DNA of 64,000 bases from Okamejei kenojei (GCA_035221665.1 CM069137.1:54808001-54872000), one strand, 5' to 3'; positions 11,658 to 26,600 are shown, counted from the first letter of the stretch. Translations and numbers: made by a program. The notes: generated by a model not told the origin, from the sequence alone.

Positions 11658-14600
11658 GAAACATGGGGATGATTTTGGGCAAAATCCAAATTAAAGACAT
11701 CACTCACCAGGTTTTTGATTGTTTTTACCCTTTTATTTCCTCTGTGGTGAGTGTGCCAGATTGGGGCTGAATCTTCCTGGCACTTTGGCTAAGGCCACAT
11801 TGCACCCTCTTTTGAAAATGATGTATGTTCATAAAGTTCCTGGAGCCTGCATTGACAGAAGGTGCAAAACCATATTGATGAGAATAAAAGGAAAGATTGA
11901 ACAGGCTGGGTTTTTTTTATTTCCATATTTTAAATTTCTTTATGACATAGGAGGTAATTTGGCCAGTCACAATCCTATTTGCCCTGAAACCTATTCTCCC
12001 CATGTTCCTATTAACACCCCCAGGATTCGACCACTCACTTACATACTAGAGACAATTGATCCTGCAACCCTCTTTTTCTTAGCATGTAGGAGGAGTCCCG
12101 GGCAGCTGGAAGAACCCCTTGTTGTCACTGAGAACACGACTATGTGGGTTTCCTTGCAGTACCAAGGGTCAGCACTAAACCCAGGTTGTGGAAACTGAGG
12201 CATCAGCTGAAGTTGTTGTGCCACTGTGTGACTGACCTTTTTAAAAAAAAGCGAGGTCTGAGGAGTGACTTGATAGAAGTCATTTGTCATGCGAGAGTAT
12301 GTTGGAGTAAACTTGGAGAAGATGGCTGATTATATATATAATCAAGTCCTCATTTATATATATATAAGGTATGTCACCAATTAATCCAATGAGGAATTTA
12401 GGTGAAACCATTTTACTCTGAGAGTGATGAAAATATGTGGAGTGGTTGAGGAATATTTTACAGGAACGCAGGAAAACTCAGAGGGTAAGTTATGATGATG
12501 GGCTTAGTTGAAGGATGTGGGAGGAGGCTTGTTGGAACTATACACAGGGGCAGAGCAATTGGAACAAATGTCTTGCTGGTGTGCTTCATGTAACCTTGTG
12601 TCTGCTTGTTCCTCTAGACCAATGCCAGGACAACGAATCGGGCATGATTTACCAGATTGGTGATAAATTTACAAAGTCAATGAATGGGATGATATATCTG
12701 TGTCAGTGTAACGGCCGAGGAATTGGTGAATGGACCTGTGAATCAAAATCTGTGGGTAAGGATGTATCTGTGCTGAGCCCTGGCCAGTTGTGATTCAGTG
12801 ATGGCCAGCAATGGAATGCTGTTTAACCACCACCGTCACTGCCCCAAGAACACTAGGCAGATTGTTCATTTAGTTTAATGAGCCAGCTTGGCTTAATAGA
12901 AGTGCTCTTGCCTCTGGGTTCAGGGATCATTCTGGGCTTCAGGCCCACTGCTGCAAGTACCGTATTTTGGATAACATGCCTTTCTTCAGATAAGTTATTC
13001 TGAAGAAAGGCATGAGTGTTCACAAGCATTCTTGGCTGCTGTGTGGCACCAATCACCCTCGGTCTGATCTTGCTATATAGAATTTTGTGCTCAGATCTCC
13101 AAAAGTAGATGTAGTGCCACAGACATTGCCCTCGGAATGGACTGCAACCAATTGAGCTCTGACTGACATTTTAGGTACAAATTTAGCAAGAATGGAGACC
13201 TTTGATTTGTGAGTGCATGGTTGCTCTAAGTCAGTTGTGGTGATGGACCATCCATCCGATCCACTGAGATTGTCGAGCTGCACTCCTTTTTCATTTCAGA
13301 TTCCAGCACCTGCAGTCTCTTGCGTCCCATTTCCTCATGAGAAGTAGTGATGATAATGACCCTTCTCTCTCCAAATCCAATTTCCATTGAGTTGACTGAA
13401 TCTTGGAGGGCTGCAAAGAAGTACCACTTCATATAAAGGGTAATCAAAATCTGGGACTACTTCCTTCATTTGAAGGCTGAAATTGATCAGTTTTTTTGTT
13501 TGTTGAGTAAGAGATGGGTAATGGGGCTAAGATTCAGCTCAGCCATGATCTCAGTGATGCCAAATAACTTCAGTTGAACTTGTGCTTTTTGAAGTGCTGA
13601 ATGCCTGAGAATGAATTTGTTAGTATTGTATATTGGTTTAGGGAGAAAGAAATCAGAGGATCGTGCACCACTAAAGAAGGAGATCACTTGGCTCCTCAAG
13701 CATGTATTAGATGTTCTAATGAGCAATCCAGTGCCTTTTGCACTCTGCTCTTTCCCAAAGGAGTTGCATGACATTTCCCTGTTATTCCTGCCCACTTCCA
13801 GTGGGGAAGTAAGGCGGCTGATTATTTGTGCTGTTTGGTGGAAAGTGTGCATCATATGGAGCAATAACGTTTAATTGTTGGCAATCATCCTTCCTAATCT
13901 AGGTATTTATGCAACCTGGCAGGGCCAAACACTTTCTTATCACCTTCTCCTGTTGTTGTCTTCATAAATGTTAAACTTTATTGAGTGGTTCAACATGCAG
14001 TATTAATCTCTTGCCAGTACACACTTATCTAGATAGAACATGCTGTCATGTCCTTTAGTTTAGCTCAGTTTGGTTTATTATTATCGTGTGTTCGGAGAAA
14101 TAGTGAGAAGTTTGTTCTGTTTGCTATCCTGTCAAATAATACAATACACGCATAAAGTAAATCCTCTTCTGGAACAGCATGCAGAGAGTCATCACTATCC
14201 GGTGGGGTCCTGCAGTCCCGGAAATGTCCAATTTTGACCTAAGGAGATGCATTTCTTATTCTCAGTTTGCCCAGTGTCCTGATGGCACCGGATTGATGGA
14301 GTAAGGGTACCTTCGGCTCCTTTGGCTGCCATTCTATGCAGGTGAATTCTCTATTAGCTGGAATCTAACCTTACCCAGTGGAAGATGTTGTTTGGTGATG
14401 AAGGCCAGCCTTTGTGACTTCCTTAGGGCTGCAACTTTGTAGACACTCCCAACTTTCTTTCAAAATTCAATTCAAGGCACTTGGTTGTGATTGCAAAAAA
14501 ACACTCTGTGCAGGTGTAATGGTTCAGTTCCCAGTCTGTTCCTCGGAACCTCGGGTCACCTTGCGAAACAGTGGAAGATAGACACAAAAAGCTGGAGAAA

Positions 14601-17600
14601 CTCAGCAGGACAGGCAGCATCTCTGGAGAGAAGGAATGGGTGACATTTCGGGTCGAGACCCTCAGAAAAACACTGGCATGGATTCTCTCTCTCTTTCGCT
14701 CTATCTGTCTTTCTCCTTTGCTCTTTCTCTTTCATGCTCTCATTCACTCTCACTCCATTTATACAGTTTAATCTTCATTTTACACTGTAACAATCTCCTG
14801 AACGGCCTCATCCCTTTTCTCAGTTATACATCTGTACCTTTTAGTTGTTTTCCAACCTGCTCTTTTCTTTCTCATTCTTAGCCGCTTCAAATGGGACTCA
14901 CCCGTTAACGATTATTAAGGTCACTGGTAGTTTGTAGCATCACACCGAACTTTAGTGACATCATCCCTCAAATATTTCACTTGTTAGATCTGTTGATTGT
15001 GTTTCACGTTGTAAGGAAGTTCTGCGACTTTCCTAAATCTCTGGTTTAGGAAAAAACTGTCTCAAGTCAATAAGCGAGTTTGGTATTTGGATAAACGCAA
15101 GGAATCATGGGATTTGTCAAAGGTCATTCGGGATTAAAAAAAGCGAATGCAGCGCAGTATGAACTGTGTATAAAGTGTTAACGATTCTACCAAAGAATTA
15201 ATCTAGAGTTCTGTCAATAGCTTCTTTTAGCTTCTTTAGCAATAGCTTCCTTTCTTGGTCTGCTGTTCACACACTGCTTACAGTCCCAGTTCTAGTTCAG
15301 TTCATTAATCTGCAATTATGAGATATTCAGAAAGTTAAAGAATTTATTATTTTCATGTAATCCTTAATGTGTTTGCTACTGGAATAAGAAAATATTACTT
15401 ATTTGAAACATTTTCTTATCTTTATTCATAATTTATGTGTAAAAATATATTTAATCTGAGGCAGGCGGCGACTGTATCAGTGTGATGTGGGCTGACGCTT
15501 TACCTACAGGCGGTGTGAATGTACCGTTAAGGTAAAGATTCATCTCCGAGGAAAACTAAGTACAGGGTTGGCCCTATGAAGGAGCCACCAATCCGATACA
15601 AGACATTTAAATGCGAAATGCCTGCCCTTTAGTATTGGATAGATTGAGTGGAGAGTCTGTGGTGTTCCAAGTTTGTGGTGGTTGCGGTGCATTTCCCCCA
15701 GCCATCTCTCCCAGTGCATGTTGACCTGCAAAGTTCGCCAGCCCTTGTTAGCAGAGGCTCTTTGTGCAGGTGTTACCCTGAGCCTAAAGGTTTTGTGGAG
15801 GTTCTACATTAGGATCGGGCACGCAGCGAGCTAGCGAGAGGGCTGTCGGATCAGATCAGATCAGCCCAGGTTGCAGAGTGGCTGTAGGGCAGATTTTAAT
15901 GGTTCGTTATTAAGCTGTTCCGTCTGTGTGGCATCGCCAGCTCTGTTGCCCAGATCCCCCATCCCAATTGTCGACAAAGACTGACTGAGAAAATGCTCCC
16001 ACTCGTATTACGGGTTGGCTCCGCATTTGTCCACGCGCTGGGGTGGGCTACGCCTCCTTCAAAGAGAGCGAGAACAGGTCCCGTCAGCTGAGGAGCTCCT
16101 GAGTGAAGCCTCTAGTTTGGCTGCGGTTCAATAGACAATAGGTGCAGGAGTAGGCCATTCAGCCCCTCGAGCAAGCACCGCCATTCAATATAATCATGGC
16201 TGATCATCCCCAATCAGTACCCCGTTCCTGCCTTCTCCCCATATCCCTTCACGCCATTATCTTTAAGAGCTCTGTCTAGCTCTCTCTTGAAAGCACCCAG
16301 AGAACCAGCCTCCAGCGCCCTCTGAGGCAGAGAATTCCACAGACTCACAACTCTGTGTGAAAAAGTTTTTCCACATCTCTGTTCTAAATGGCTTACGCCT
16401 CCTTCTTAAACTGTGGCCCCTGGTTCTGGATCCCCAACATCGGGAACATGTTTCCTGCCTCTAGCATGTCCAAACCCTTAATAATCTAATATGTTTCCCA
16501 TCCCATCCTAAATTCCAGAGTATACAAGCCTAGCCTCTATTCTATCAACATATGACAGTCCCGCTATCTCGGGAATTAACCTGGTGAACCTACGCTGCAC
16601 TCCCTCATAGCAAGAATGTCCTTCCTCAAATTGGGAGACCAAAACTGCAGACCAAAACTCCAGGTGTGGTCTCACTAGGGTCTGTACAACTGCAGAAGAA
16701 CCTCTTTGCTCTTATATTCAATGCCTCTTGTTATGAAGGCCAACATGCCATTCGCTTTCTACACTGCCTGCTGAACCTGTACACTTACTTTCATTGACTG
16801 ATGAGCAAGGACCTTCAGATCCCGTTGTACTTCCCCTTTTCCCAACTTGACACCATTTAGATAATAATTTGCCTTCCTGTTTTTGCTACCAAAGTGGATA
16901 ACCTCACATTTATCCACATTAAACTGCATCTGCCCACTTACCCAACCTGTCCAAGTCACCCTGCATCTTCATAACATCCTCTTCACAGCTCACACTGCCA
17001 CCCAGCTTTGTGTCATCTGCAAATGTGCTAATGTTACTTTTAATCCCTTCATCTAAATCATGATTGTATATTGTAAATAGCTGTGGTCCCCGCACCGAGC
17101 CTTGTGGTACCCCACTAGTCACTGCCTGCCATTCTGAGAGGGACCTGTTAATCCCTACTCTTTGTTTCCTGTCTGCTAACCAATTTTCTATCCATGTCAC
17201 CACCCTACCCCCAATACCATGTGCCCTAATTTTTCTTACTAATCTCCGATGCGGACCTTATCAAATGCTTTCTGAAAGTCCAGGTACACTACATCTACTG
17301 GCTCTCCTTTGTCCATTTTCCCGGTTACATCTTCAAAAAATTCCAGATGCCGTGATCACATTGAATGAAGGAGATAGGCAACATTTCGGGCCGAAACCCT
17401 TCTTCAGACGAAGAAGGGTTTTGGCCCGAAACGTTACCTATCTCCTTCGCTCCATAGATGCTGCTGCACCCGCTGAGTTTCTCCAGCATTTTGTGTACCC
17501 TCGATTTTCCAGCATCTGCAATTCCTTCTTTATCACATTGAATGGCGGTGCTGGCTCGAAGGGCCGAATGACCTACGCTTGTGTCTATTGACTATTGTCA

Positions 17601-20600
17601 GAAGATTAGTCAAGCATGATTTCCCATTCGTAAATGGACGCTGACTCAGACCGATCCTGCTAGTGCTATCCAAATGTGCCGCTATTTCATCTTTTATAAA
17701 TAACTCCAGCAACTTCCCCACCACCGATGTCAGGCAAACTGGTCTATAATTCCCTTTTTTCTCTCTCCTGCCTTTCTTAAAAAGTGGGATAACATTAGCT
17801 ACTCTCCAATCCACAGGAACTGATCCTGAATCTGTAAAACATTGGAAAACGATCACCAATGTGTCCACGATTTCCAGAGTCACTTCCTTAAGTACACTGG
17901 GATGCAGATCATCAGGCCCTGGGGATTTATCTGCCTACATTCCCATCAGTCTACCCAACACCATTTCCTGTCTAATGTGAATTTCCTTCAGTCCGTCCGT
18001 CACCCTAGATCCTCAGGCCACTAGTACATCTGGGAGATTGTTTGTGTGTGAATATGGATCCAAAGTACCTGTTCAACTCATCTGCCATTTCCTTGTTCCC
18101 TTCCATAATTATCACTGCCCAGTCACCCGGCTCCCAACTGTGTGCCCTGTCAGACTGAAACCAACCCCAGAAGTTAAAGCAAAAGCATCTTTATTTAAGC
18201 CAACCTCCCTCGAATGTGTAACCAGCCTGTTCGAATCCAATCTGAACTTTTGAACCTACCCCCCACACAGCACATTCTTCTTGTTTCCTTCAATCCAGGA
18301 ATGTTGTTTAGATAGGAATGTCAGGACTGTCTCAAATTGGTTGACCACACAACTTGTAATTTGTGTAAATCAAGATCGAATTTGAATGGCTGTGACTCAG
18401 GCTAATGCCAGGGATTTGATAATTGACAGGTTCGTTCCAGGCATTCTTGCATTTAAGGCTGGTGCTATATTGAGTAAATAATTTAAATAGATACAATTGT
18501 GGATTTGTGCAGCCTGCAGTACGCAGAGATGCCAAGTGTCCCGGATTCGCCGTATTTTATCCCGGCGAAATAAACTTTTTACGGTGTTCCGGCAGCCAAA
18601 CATGCTGTTACGGAACACCGCCGCGCCGGTGTTCCTCCCGTGGTGAACACCGGCGCCATGTGTCCCCGGTTTGCCGGCCCGCGCGATCAGCGGCCCTTTG
18701 CCGGGCCCTAGTGACCGCGCCTGCGCAGTGGGGGAGGGTTGCCGGGCCTGGCGCCATTTCGAGCCACGCCACGCCTGGCCCAGAGCCCGGGCGGCGCCGG
18801 CCCGCGCGATCAGCGGCACTTTCTTGCCGCCAGCCGGCCGCTCGCGGCAGCCCCATCACCGGGCCTCCCTCCCACCCCCACCCAGTGCGCAGGCGCAGAC
18901 CCGCCGGCAACCTTGCCAAGTGCGCATGTGCCGCACCCGCCCGCCGGCAGCCCGCTGATCTGCACCAGTGCGCAGGCGCATAGCCGCCGGCAACAACTCC
19001 AGGTGAGTGTTACGGAGAGAAATGCATTTAACCCCATTTGTTACGGACAAATGGGTTAAATGTTACGGTGAACTAAATTTAGGGTTGGCATCTCTGAGTA
19101 CGCTGTGGCCTGCTGACATTTTTGACATAAATTTATTTATGAATCTCATTTAAATGAATACGCAGGTCCATACACACAGCTGGCGAGAATGTTTATCCCA
19201 AATGACCCATGACCTGAGCATGCGCAGTTGAAATACCGAACTCGCTAATTCCAGATTTGAATGATAAAGTAGTATTTTTCCTTTCATACATTCCCATTCT
19301 AATTTTCATGTCTGAAAGGCCTGTCACTTCCATAGAACAGCTCAGTACTTCCTTACTCCAACTGGAATCATGTATCAGAGTGTTCATATAAATCACCAGA
19401 GCATATGAAGACTTTTTCTGCTTTTTCCAGATTGGCTTCTGCCCAAGTTATTTAATCAGTTTTGACTAATCATTAAGGTTTGATGAAGAATGGGATAATA
19501 GCGATTCCTCTCAAATCCATGTATCTGCTCCAAAGAGGGATTAGGTCTGATTTGATTCATAAGACCAGCTATTTGTCACATCAGCCGTATTACTTCTGTC
19601 TCTCTGTAATGGATGATTTCAATTATATTTCTAAATCTACCTAGGTCTGCATCATCCTATTAACTGGGTTCCATTTGCTAATGTTGATTGCTTATCCAAT
19701 TGGATGCCATCTGTACTTTGGAAGATAGACAAAAAACTGGAGTAACTCAGCGGGACAGGCAGCATCTCTGGAGAGAAGGAATGGGTTTTGGGTCGAGACC
19801 CTTCCGTGTGGTTGTAATTCTGTGTTGAATGGGTGTCCTTTCCCTCTTAACCCTTTGATAGGTACTAGGTGATTCAGTCATTTCAGGGACATGCACTTTC
19901 TTCTAACATCTGCAGAAAAAGAAAAATCATAATGCCTCATGGAATAAATGTATTTTTAAAAATTGTATTTTTAAGCATTTCCATCTTGTAGATGGTCATC
20001 GTCAATTATTAATTTTCCTTCGTCTTCAACTGTCCCTGTTTAATATCTATATTCCTCTTGCTCCTAATGATGGCACCTTACTCCAAATGTTGGTTCAACT
20101 TGATTTTTTCAGGCTAAGATTCTCTGGGTTGTATGTCAGTGTGTTGATGATGTCTACAGATCTCTTTCTCTCTCCTGAGCCGCATTAACAGAATGCGGTG
20201 GTCAATTAACTGCACGTCTAAAACCTCCTTCATTAGCCTATTCATCGGGTTCACTTACAACCCATCGTAATTGCCTTTTCGCTGCTGTGGAAGGCAACAC
20301 TTGCTTTTCAGTGATCTGGAGGTTAGGTAGTTGCCATGTTATCAATTTAAATTCCCTTAAATGTATTCGTAGACATGGATACCAACTTATCAAACATCAT
20401 TCATTAACTATTAACTATAGTCATGAAGATTGACTTACCCTTTGAAATAGAGCTGATATCACATTGGTGATTTTTCCCCCCGGGTAATTTAATGCTATTG
20501 AGAAACAATTTTAGAGCGTTATCATGTGATGAAGGAAGTTTCTGGTAAATATTCAGGAGTTCTGAATAAACTTTATTATCCACTGCAGTGTTTCTATAAA

Positions 20601-23600
20601 ATATCAGTCCTGACATATTCTTCGATTAATGAAATCCCAGAAATATAATTTTACCCATATACAGTTTGCCATTTCCCTATTGGTTAACATACCTTCCATC
20701 AACTTTTTTTGTTTCCCCAATTTTTTTATCCCCCCCCCCCGATTGCACTTCATCTCCTAATTTACCAGTTTAGAAAACCATTCTTTGTACCCTGTTCCCA
20801 GCACATTCCCTATCTTTCACAGAGCACAACTTGATTGTGTCCCTGTTTTAGATTTTTTTCTTTAGTTGGTATTGTCTACCGTGTTCTGCGTCTTGATCTT
20901 ACTCCACGAGTCACTAGAAACTGTTATTGTTTTCAGTGTTGAATTTGTAGTTCATTGTATACCGGGGCTAATACATATTGTGGTTCAGAGATTAAAATAT
21001 ATGACAAACACGTCTACAAGTTAATACATTTGAGGCCTAGACTACCTCATGTACTTAGATCGACCTATCAGCTACCACAGTAACGACTAGATCAAAATTG
21101 CAGACTGTTTTCTTTACGGGGTTCTCTGGTAACAATGCAATCTATGCCTAAAATTTGGATTAGCAGTGGCAACTAATATTCCAGGCAGTGATCATCTCCA
21201 AGAAGGGTCTAATCAGGCTACATTACTGATTCCTACAACTTTGCAAAATTAAATGTTCAGAAGGCATTTGGACAGGCACATGATTAGACAAGAGTGGAGG
21301 GATATGGCTCGAATGTTGGAAAATGGATTTTGAGGCCTGCATGAAAGAGTTGAGTAAATAAACCCATTTTTATGCTGCATAAATATAATATAAATCCTGA
21401 AAAGAGCAGGGGCTAGATGTCATGCATTGAGTGGCTCCCATGACACAATTTAAAAGGAGCGAGACAGGAGATTTATGAAATATTTTCTCCTTTTCCAACG
21501 TCATGGGAATTTTGGACTCCAGTAATTCAAAAGACAGCTCGCCATTCATTACCATCTCTGTTATTTACTATGTATGAATGTAAAAAACGACACAATGGGT
21601 TACATATAAACGCACATTCAGTAATCACCAAATAGTAATTTCTGTTCTGTAACAAGATTATATTGACAAGATGAATAGGCCCAATATGTAGCAGTATATA
21701 TGTAAACGGGGCAGTTCAGTATCTGAACAGACTCACAATTGAAAGACATCAATAATTAATTTATGAAGTGCTAACTGAGTAGCAATGATATCATACTGAT
21801 CTTGATAGATATGTAACTTTACATTTTCACTCATTTGTTATTAGTAATTAAACAAGACTAATAACTGCATTGGAATGTACCAAACAGGTTAATATTTAGA
21901 CATTGGTGTACATCTACTGGGTGAATTATTAGTTGAGATGGGTATTGGTTTCAAATGTTATGAGTAACTTGGCAAGGGCATCAAAAGTTTGATTATACTT
22001 AATTAGTAACTGAAATTGTTGCATTATAGTACCTGACATCTTGGTGAGTGGAATTGGAACCCTCCCCACCCACCCACCCTGCTAAAAATACTAAATTTGA
22101 TATCTGCATCTGTCGCGCTATGGAACTGGAGAGGTCAATCTGCTTCTTCAGCCCTTGAATTCATTTATCCAGATAAATCATGATTGTCTCACATATTTAC
22201 TTTGTTAAATCTTGGTTTCAATCAGTTTTGTCAATCCACCAATCAGTTGTCAGTCGGCCACCAAGCACACCATTTTGTGGGAGAGACTTCCGGATTTACA
22301 TTCTCTTCCTGATGTTGCCCCTGAATGCTCTATCCTTGAAATTAAGGATAGGCTCTCTGCCACTGGAGAAATAATTTCCCCAGATCAACTCCTTTACACT
22401 TGGTAAATCATGATAAACCATGATAGACCATGGTAAATCGTAACTGGAGTTGACCTGTGTCCATACAGCGTACCGGCACCTATGAAGAGTTGAACAGAAT
22501 TATCTTGTTTTCTGCCCACATAACATGTATGTTTATTAACCTTGCGTGCTGGCACCTTTTTGTTCTTCGATAAAAGCATTAGTTCAGTGTATCATTTGCA
22601 CAGTGATGATGTACTATTTATTGCACTGAAAAATAACTTAATGAATCTAAGTATTCATGTATTTCTGTGATAACTTAAATCGAATATGTGTAAATCTGGA
22701 TATGTTTAATAGTTAAATGTAAGAAACAAACATTATGCCAATCTAAGCATTTCAAATAGATTAGTTGGTCTGAATATTTTCTGTCCTGTGAATGTTGGGC
22801 CACTGTAATTATGAGTAAATTGTCTGGCAGGTATTGGACCCATCGTTTTAATCACAGACGAGGGCAACCTGACAGATTCTCATCCCGTTCAATGGATCCC
22901 ACCACATTCTATTCCAGTCAAACGGTACCTTGTGCATTGGAGACCTGTAAGTAAACAATTCTACCAATGATTAATGCTAGTGGAGAGTCTTGGCTATCCT
23001 CCATTGCCTTGAACTGGAGAGAAAGTACTGGTATTGATTGATGTTGGTTTATTATTGTTACCTGTATCAAGATACAATGAAAATGTTTGCTTTGTGAGGC
23101 ATCCAGGAACATCCTACAATGCATGAGTGGAATCATACCACGCATGAGTACAACAGATAGTTCCAAAGGGAAAATAAACAATGAAGTGGTAGAGGTGCAG
23201 CTTAACTGTGGTGGAGCTGCTGCATCACAGTCCAAAGATCTGGGTTCGATCCTGACCACAGGCGTTGCGCTGTCAGTGCCATCTGTGTGGAGTTTGTGCA
23301 TTCTCCCTGTGATCTCCCCGGGTACTCTGTTTCTCTCCAACATTACAAAGACGTGCAGGTTTGTAGGTTCATTGACTTCTGTAAATTGCTCCTAATGTAT
23401 AGGATACAAAAATGGGATAATATGGAACTAGTTTACGGTGATCAATGGTTAGCATGGACTTGGTGGGCCAAAGGACCTCTTTCCACACTGTATCTCTAAA
23501 CTAAATTAAAAAAAATGCGGAATAGTGTTACAACTACAGACAAAATACAAATTAAAAAAGTGTAAGGACCACAACGCGGTCTGGAGATCGGGGATTCATC

Positions 23601-26600
23601 CTTTAACGATTAGATACCCTTTCAAAAGTCTGATAACTGTCGGGAAGAAGCTGTTCCTTAAACTGATAGTACGCGCTTTCAAGCCTTCGTATCTTCTGCC
23701 CAATGAGAGAGAGAAAAGAGAATGAGCAGTCCTGATGTAGTGGCTGCTGTCAAGAGGCCATATGAAGTGTAAATTGAGTTGATGGGATAGGAGAGGGTGA
23801 TTTGCGTGATGGACTTGATTGTGTTTACCACTGCAATTTCTTGGCAGTCTTGGACAAAACAGTTGTCCAACCAAGTTCATGCATCCAGTTAGAATTGCTC
23901 TCAGTTCAAAGCAAGGAGACTGCAAGGCTGTGCCCCCAGACAAATCGGATGCAATGTGCTCATTATTTCCTTTACATAGGGTGTTAACAGGTGTGAAATT
24001 TCTAATCCCTTTCTGCGCCCTGTTAGCTGGTGTGAAATTCCTGAGTCCTTTCCATGCCATTATTAACCAGTGTGAAATTTCTGATGTGGAAACGGTCATT
24101 TAAAAAAGTGTGGAAGGCTGGGAAAGTAATCTACAGCGAAAACTGCCAATAATTGCATTCTTGTAACGTGCTTCAGTAAATAAGCAACAGATGTATATTG
24201 GCAAGGAAGACATGAACCAGGCACCTTACCTTATCCTAAAGGCATGGGCATTTATTTATTCATGTATTTATTTCCATGGCAGTGGGCCTGAGATTCATAC
24301 CAATATGTCAGTGTGTATAATCCAAACTGATATGCCTGTCGGTTTTCAAAAAAGGTACTGTGCAGTCAAAGGTACCAGCTTTAAATGCGCCTTTGAAAGA
24401 TGTTTGCTCTTGTAATGGAGGGCTGGGTGTCTACACAGTTATCAGGAGTGTTTTCTTTGGCGATCTGGACAATATCTGGCCCTCGACTAACGTGCTAAAA
24501 TGCTTTGGTTCAACATCACATTTTTATCAGTGGGACCTTGCTGCATTCAACAGTGGCATCACTTCAGAAGCATATTACCAGCTGCAAATCACTTGAAGAT
24601 GTTCTGAAGTTGTGAAAGGCACATTCACTCTTTACCTGATTAACTACAAAGGGGGAGGCTGGAGTTTTTTAGTGAGCCAGTACCTCTTTCAAAGTTTTTA
24701 TTTGCAGGAGTCCACAGTATCTCAGTCATTTAAGCAGGCCACAAATTGCCAGACTCATTGAATTTATTTTACCACAGTGTGATTTGAACTAACAATTTTA
24801 TGGGATCTCTCTACAGCTTTGTAACTAACCACGAGCCTAAAAAGCCCTTTGTTCTCAAAACGACTCAAAACGACTACTCTGGCGCTTTGATCCACCTTTC
24901 ATCTTGTTTGTCCAGCACAATCCGACGTGGTGGACCTATCCAGAATATATCCTAACATCCTGAATCATTAGGAATGCGTGAAAACAGAAATAATTCACCA
25001 TTTCATTATACAGACAAACTTGAACCGTATAGAGCTCTGTTTATGTAATTCTATGGAATTGTAGATCACATAGATGTTTATGCAATTCCATGGAATTGTA
25101 GATCATAGAGTCGTACAGCATCGAAACAGACCCTCTGGCCCATGGTAGTGGCCATTCCATCTGTTGAACATGTATTAATCCCATTTATTAGGTCCATTGT
25201 TTTCTCTACCGTGACGATTTAAGATACTTCTAACATGCCATGACACTATCTGCTTCCATTATTTTAGACTGAATATTCCAGAATCCAACACCCTGTGTGT
25301 AAGAAATCTACTCCTTCCACCTTTCCTGAACCACGTTGTAGCTGACCTGCCCTTTGACCTCAAAGCTTCTAGGCAAAAGAGTTGGTGACTTGGTGAAAAC
25401 AGGATGGAGCTTGCATAATGTTCCATTGCTCAATCCATTCTCAATAAAGAGGTTGCCATTTCCAGCTCAGTATTGGCATAAAAACAGCCCTAGAAAGCAG
25501 CCAAATGTGTTAAAACCTCCAAGGCCAATACACTGCAACATTGTCACACATATCCATCACATTGGAACTTAAGACCCAAGCCAGGCCTTTGGTACATGGC
25601 CGGAATATTTCAAATCTCTTGAGTGTTTTTGTTGTTGCCTGTGCTACCTTTTAAATCAGACAGCCTCTCCTCAGCCATTTCTCCCCATGAACCTCCTCAA
25701 TCCCCACTCCTTTCCAAAATGTGCACCTGGCTGCAACTTCCTTACTGCATTTTCTTGGATCATCCAGCATCTGATTCTGAACCATCACATGATGTAGGTT
25801 CCTCCCTGCCACCTCCATCTACAAGCTCATCTGATTTCAACAAGGCCGGTGCTTCCTCTGACAAGAGAAGTGGTTTCATACTCTGCCATAATATTCAGTG
25901 GTCTACACAACACCATGATATTCCCCACAAGTGCTTTGTGCACTGGAGCTCATATATGATCTTGGGTCTCTTGAGCAAGGTACCCAATATTCCAAAGTGA
26001 ATAGCCGGATGGTTTTGAAGAGATGGCTGAAAACCAGAGGAATATTTATTGTGTGAAAAAGTTGTCAGACTGAGAAAATAACGATTATATGCACAAAAAT
26101 GATTGCATGCTTCCTGCTTGACTTATGTTTTTAATAAAGCCCCTTAGGAACGTTAAAATAGTTTATTAGCCTGTAACAGTTTGTGATTTGGCTCAACCAG
26201 CTAATAAGCAGAACAGATTGGAAAAATATTTTTGTTATGGGTATGGGTATGTGTGTTGATCATCTGCAAGCTATATATATATAGTGGCTTGCAAAAGTTT
26301 TCATTCCCCTTGAACTTTTTCACATTTTGTCACGTTACAACCACAAACTAAATGTATTTTATTGGGATTTTATGTGATAGACCAACACAAAGTGGTGCAT
26401 AATTGTGAAGTAGAAGGAAAATGATACATAGTTTCCAAATTTTATTACAAATAAAAAACTGAACAGTGTGGCGTGCAAAAGTATTCAGCCCCCGAGTCAA
26501 TACTTTGTAGAACCACCTTTCGCTGCAATTACAGCTGCAAGTCTTCGGGTATGTCTCTACCAGCTTTGCACATCTAGAGACTGAAATTTTTGCCCATTCC

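Noticed and set aside
18397-19059. Many overlapping 90-160 aa ORFs here and at 58106-58847
   Set aside because: Stop-poor GC-rich transposon interior, open in several frames with no domain signal.
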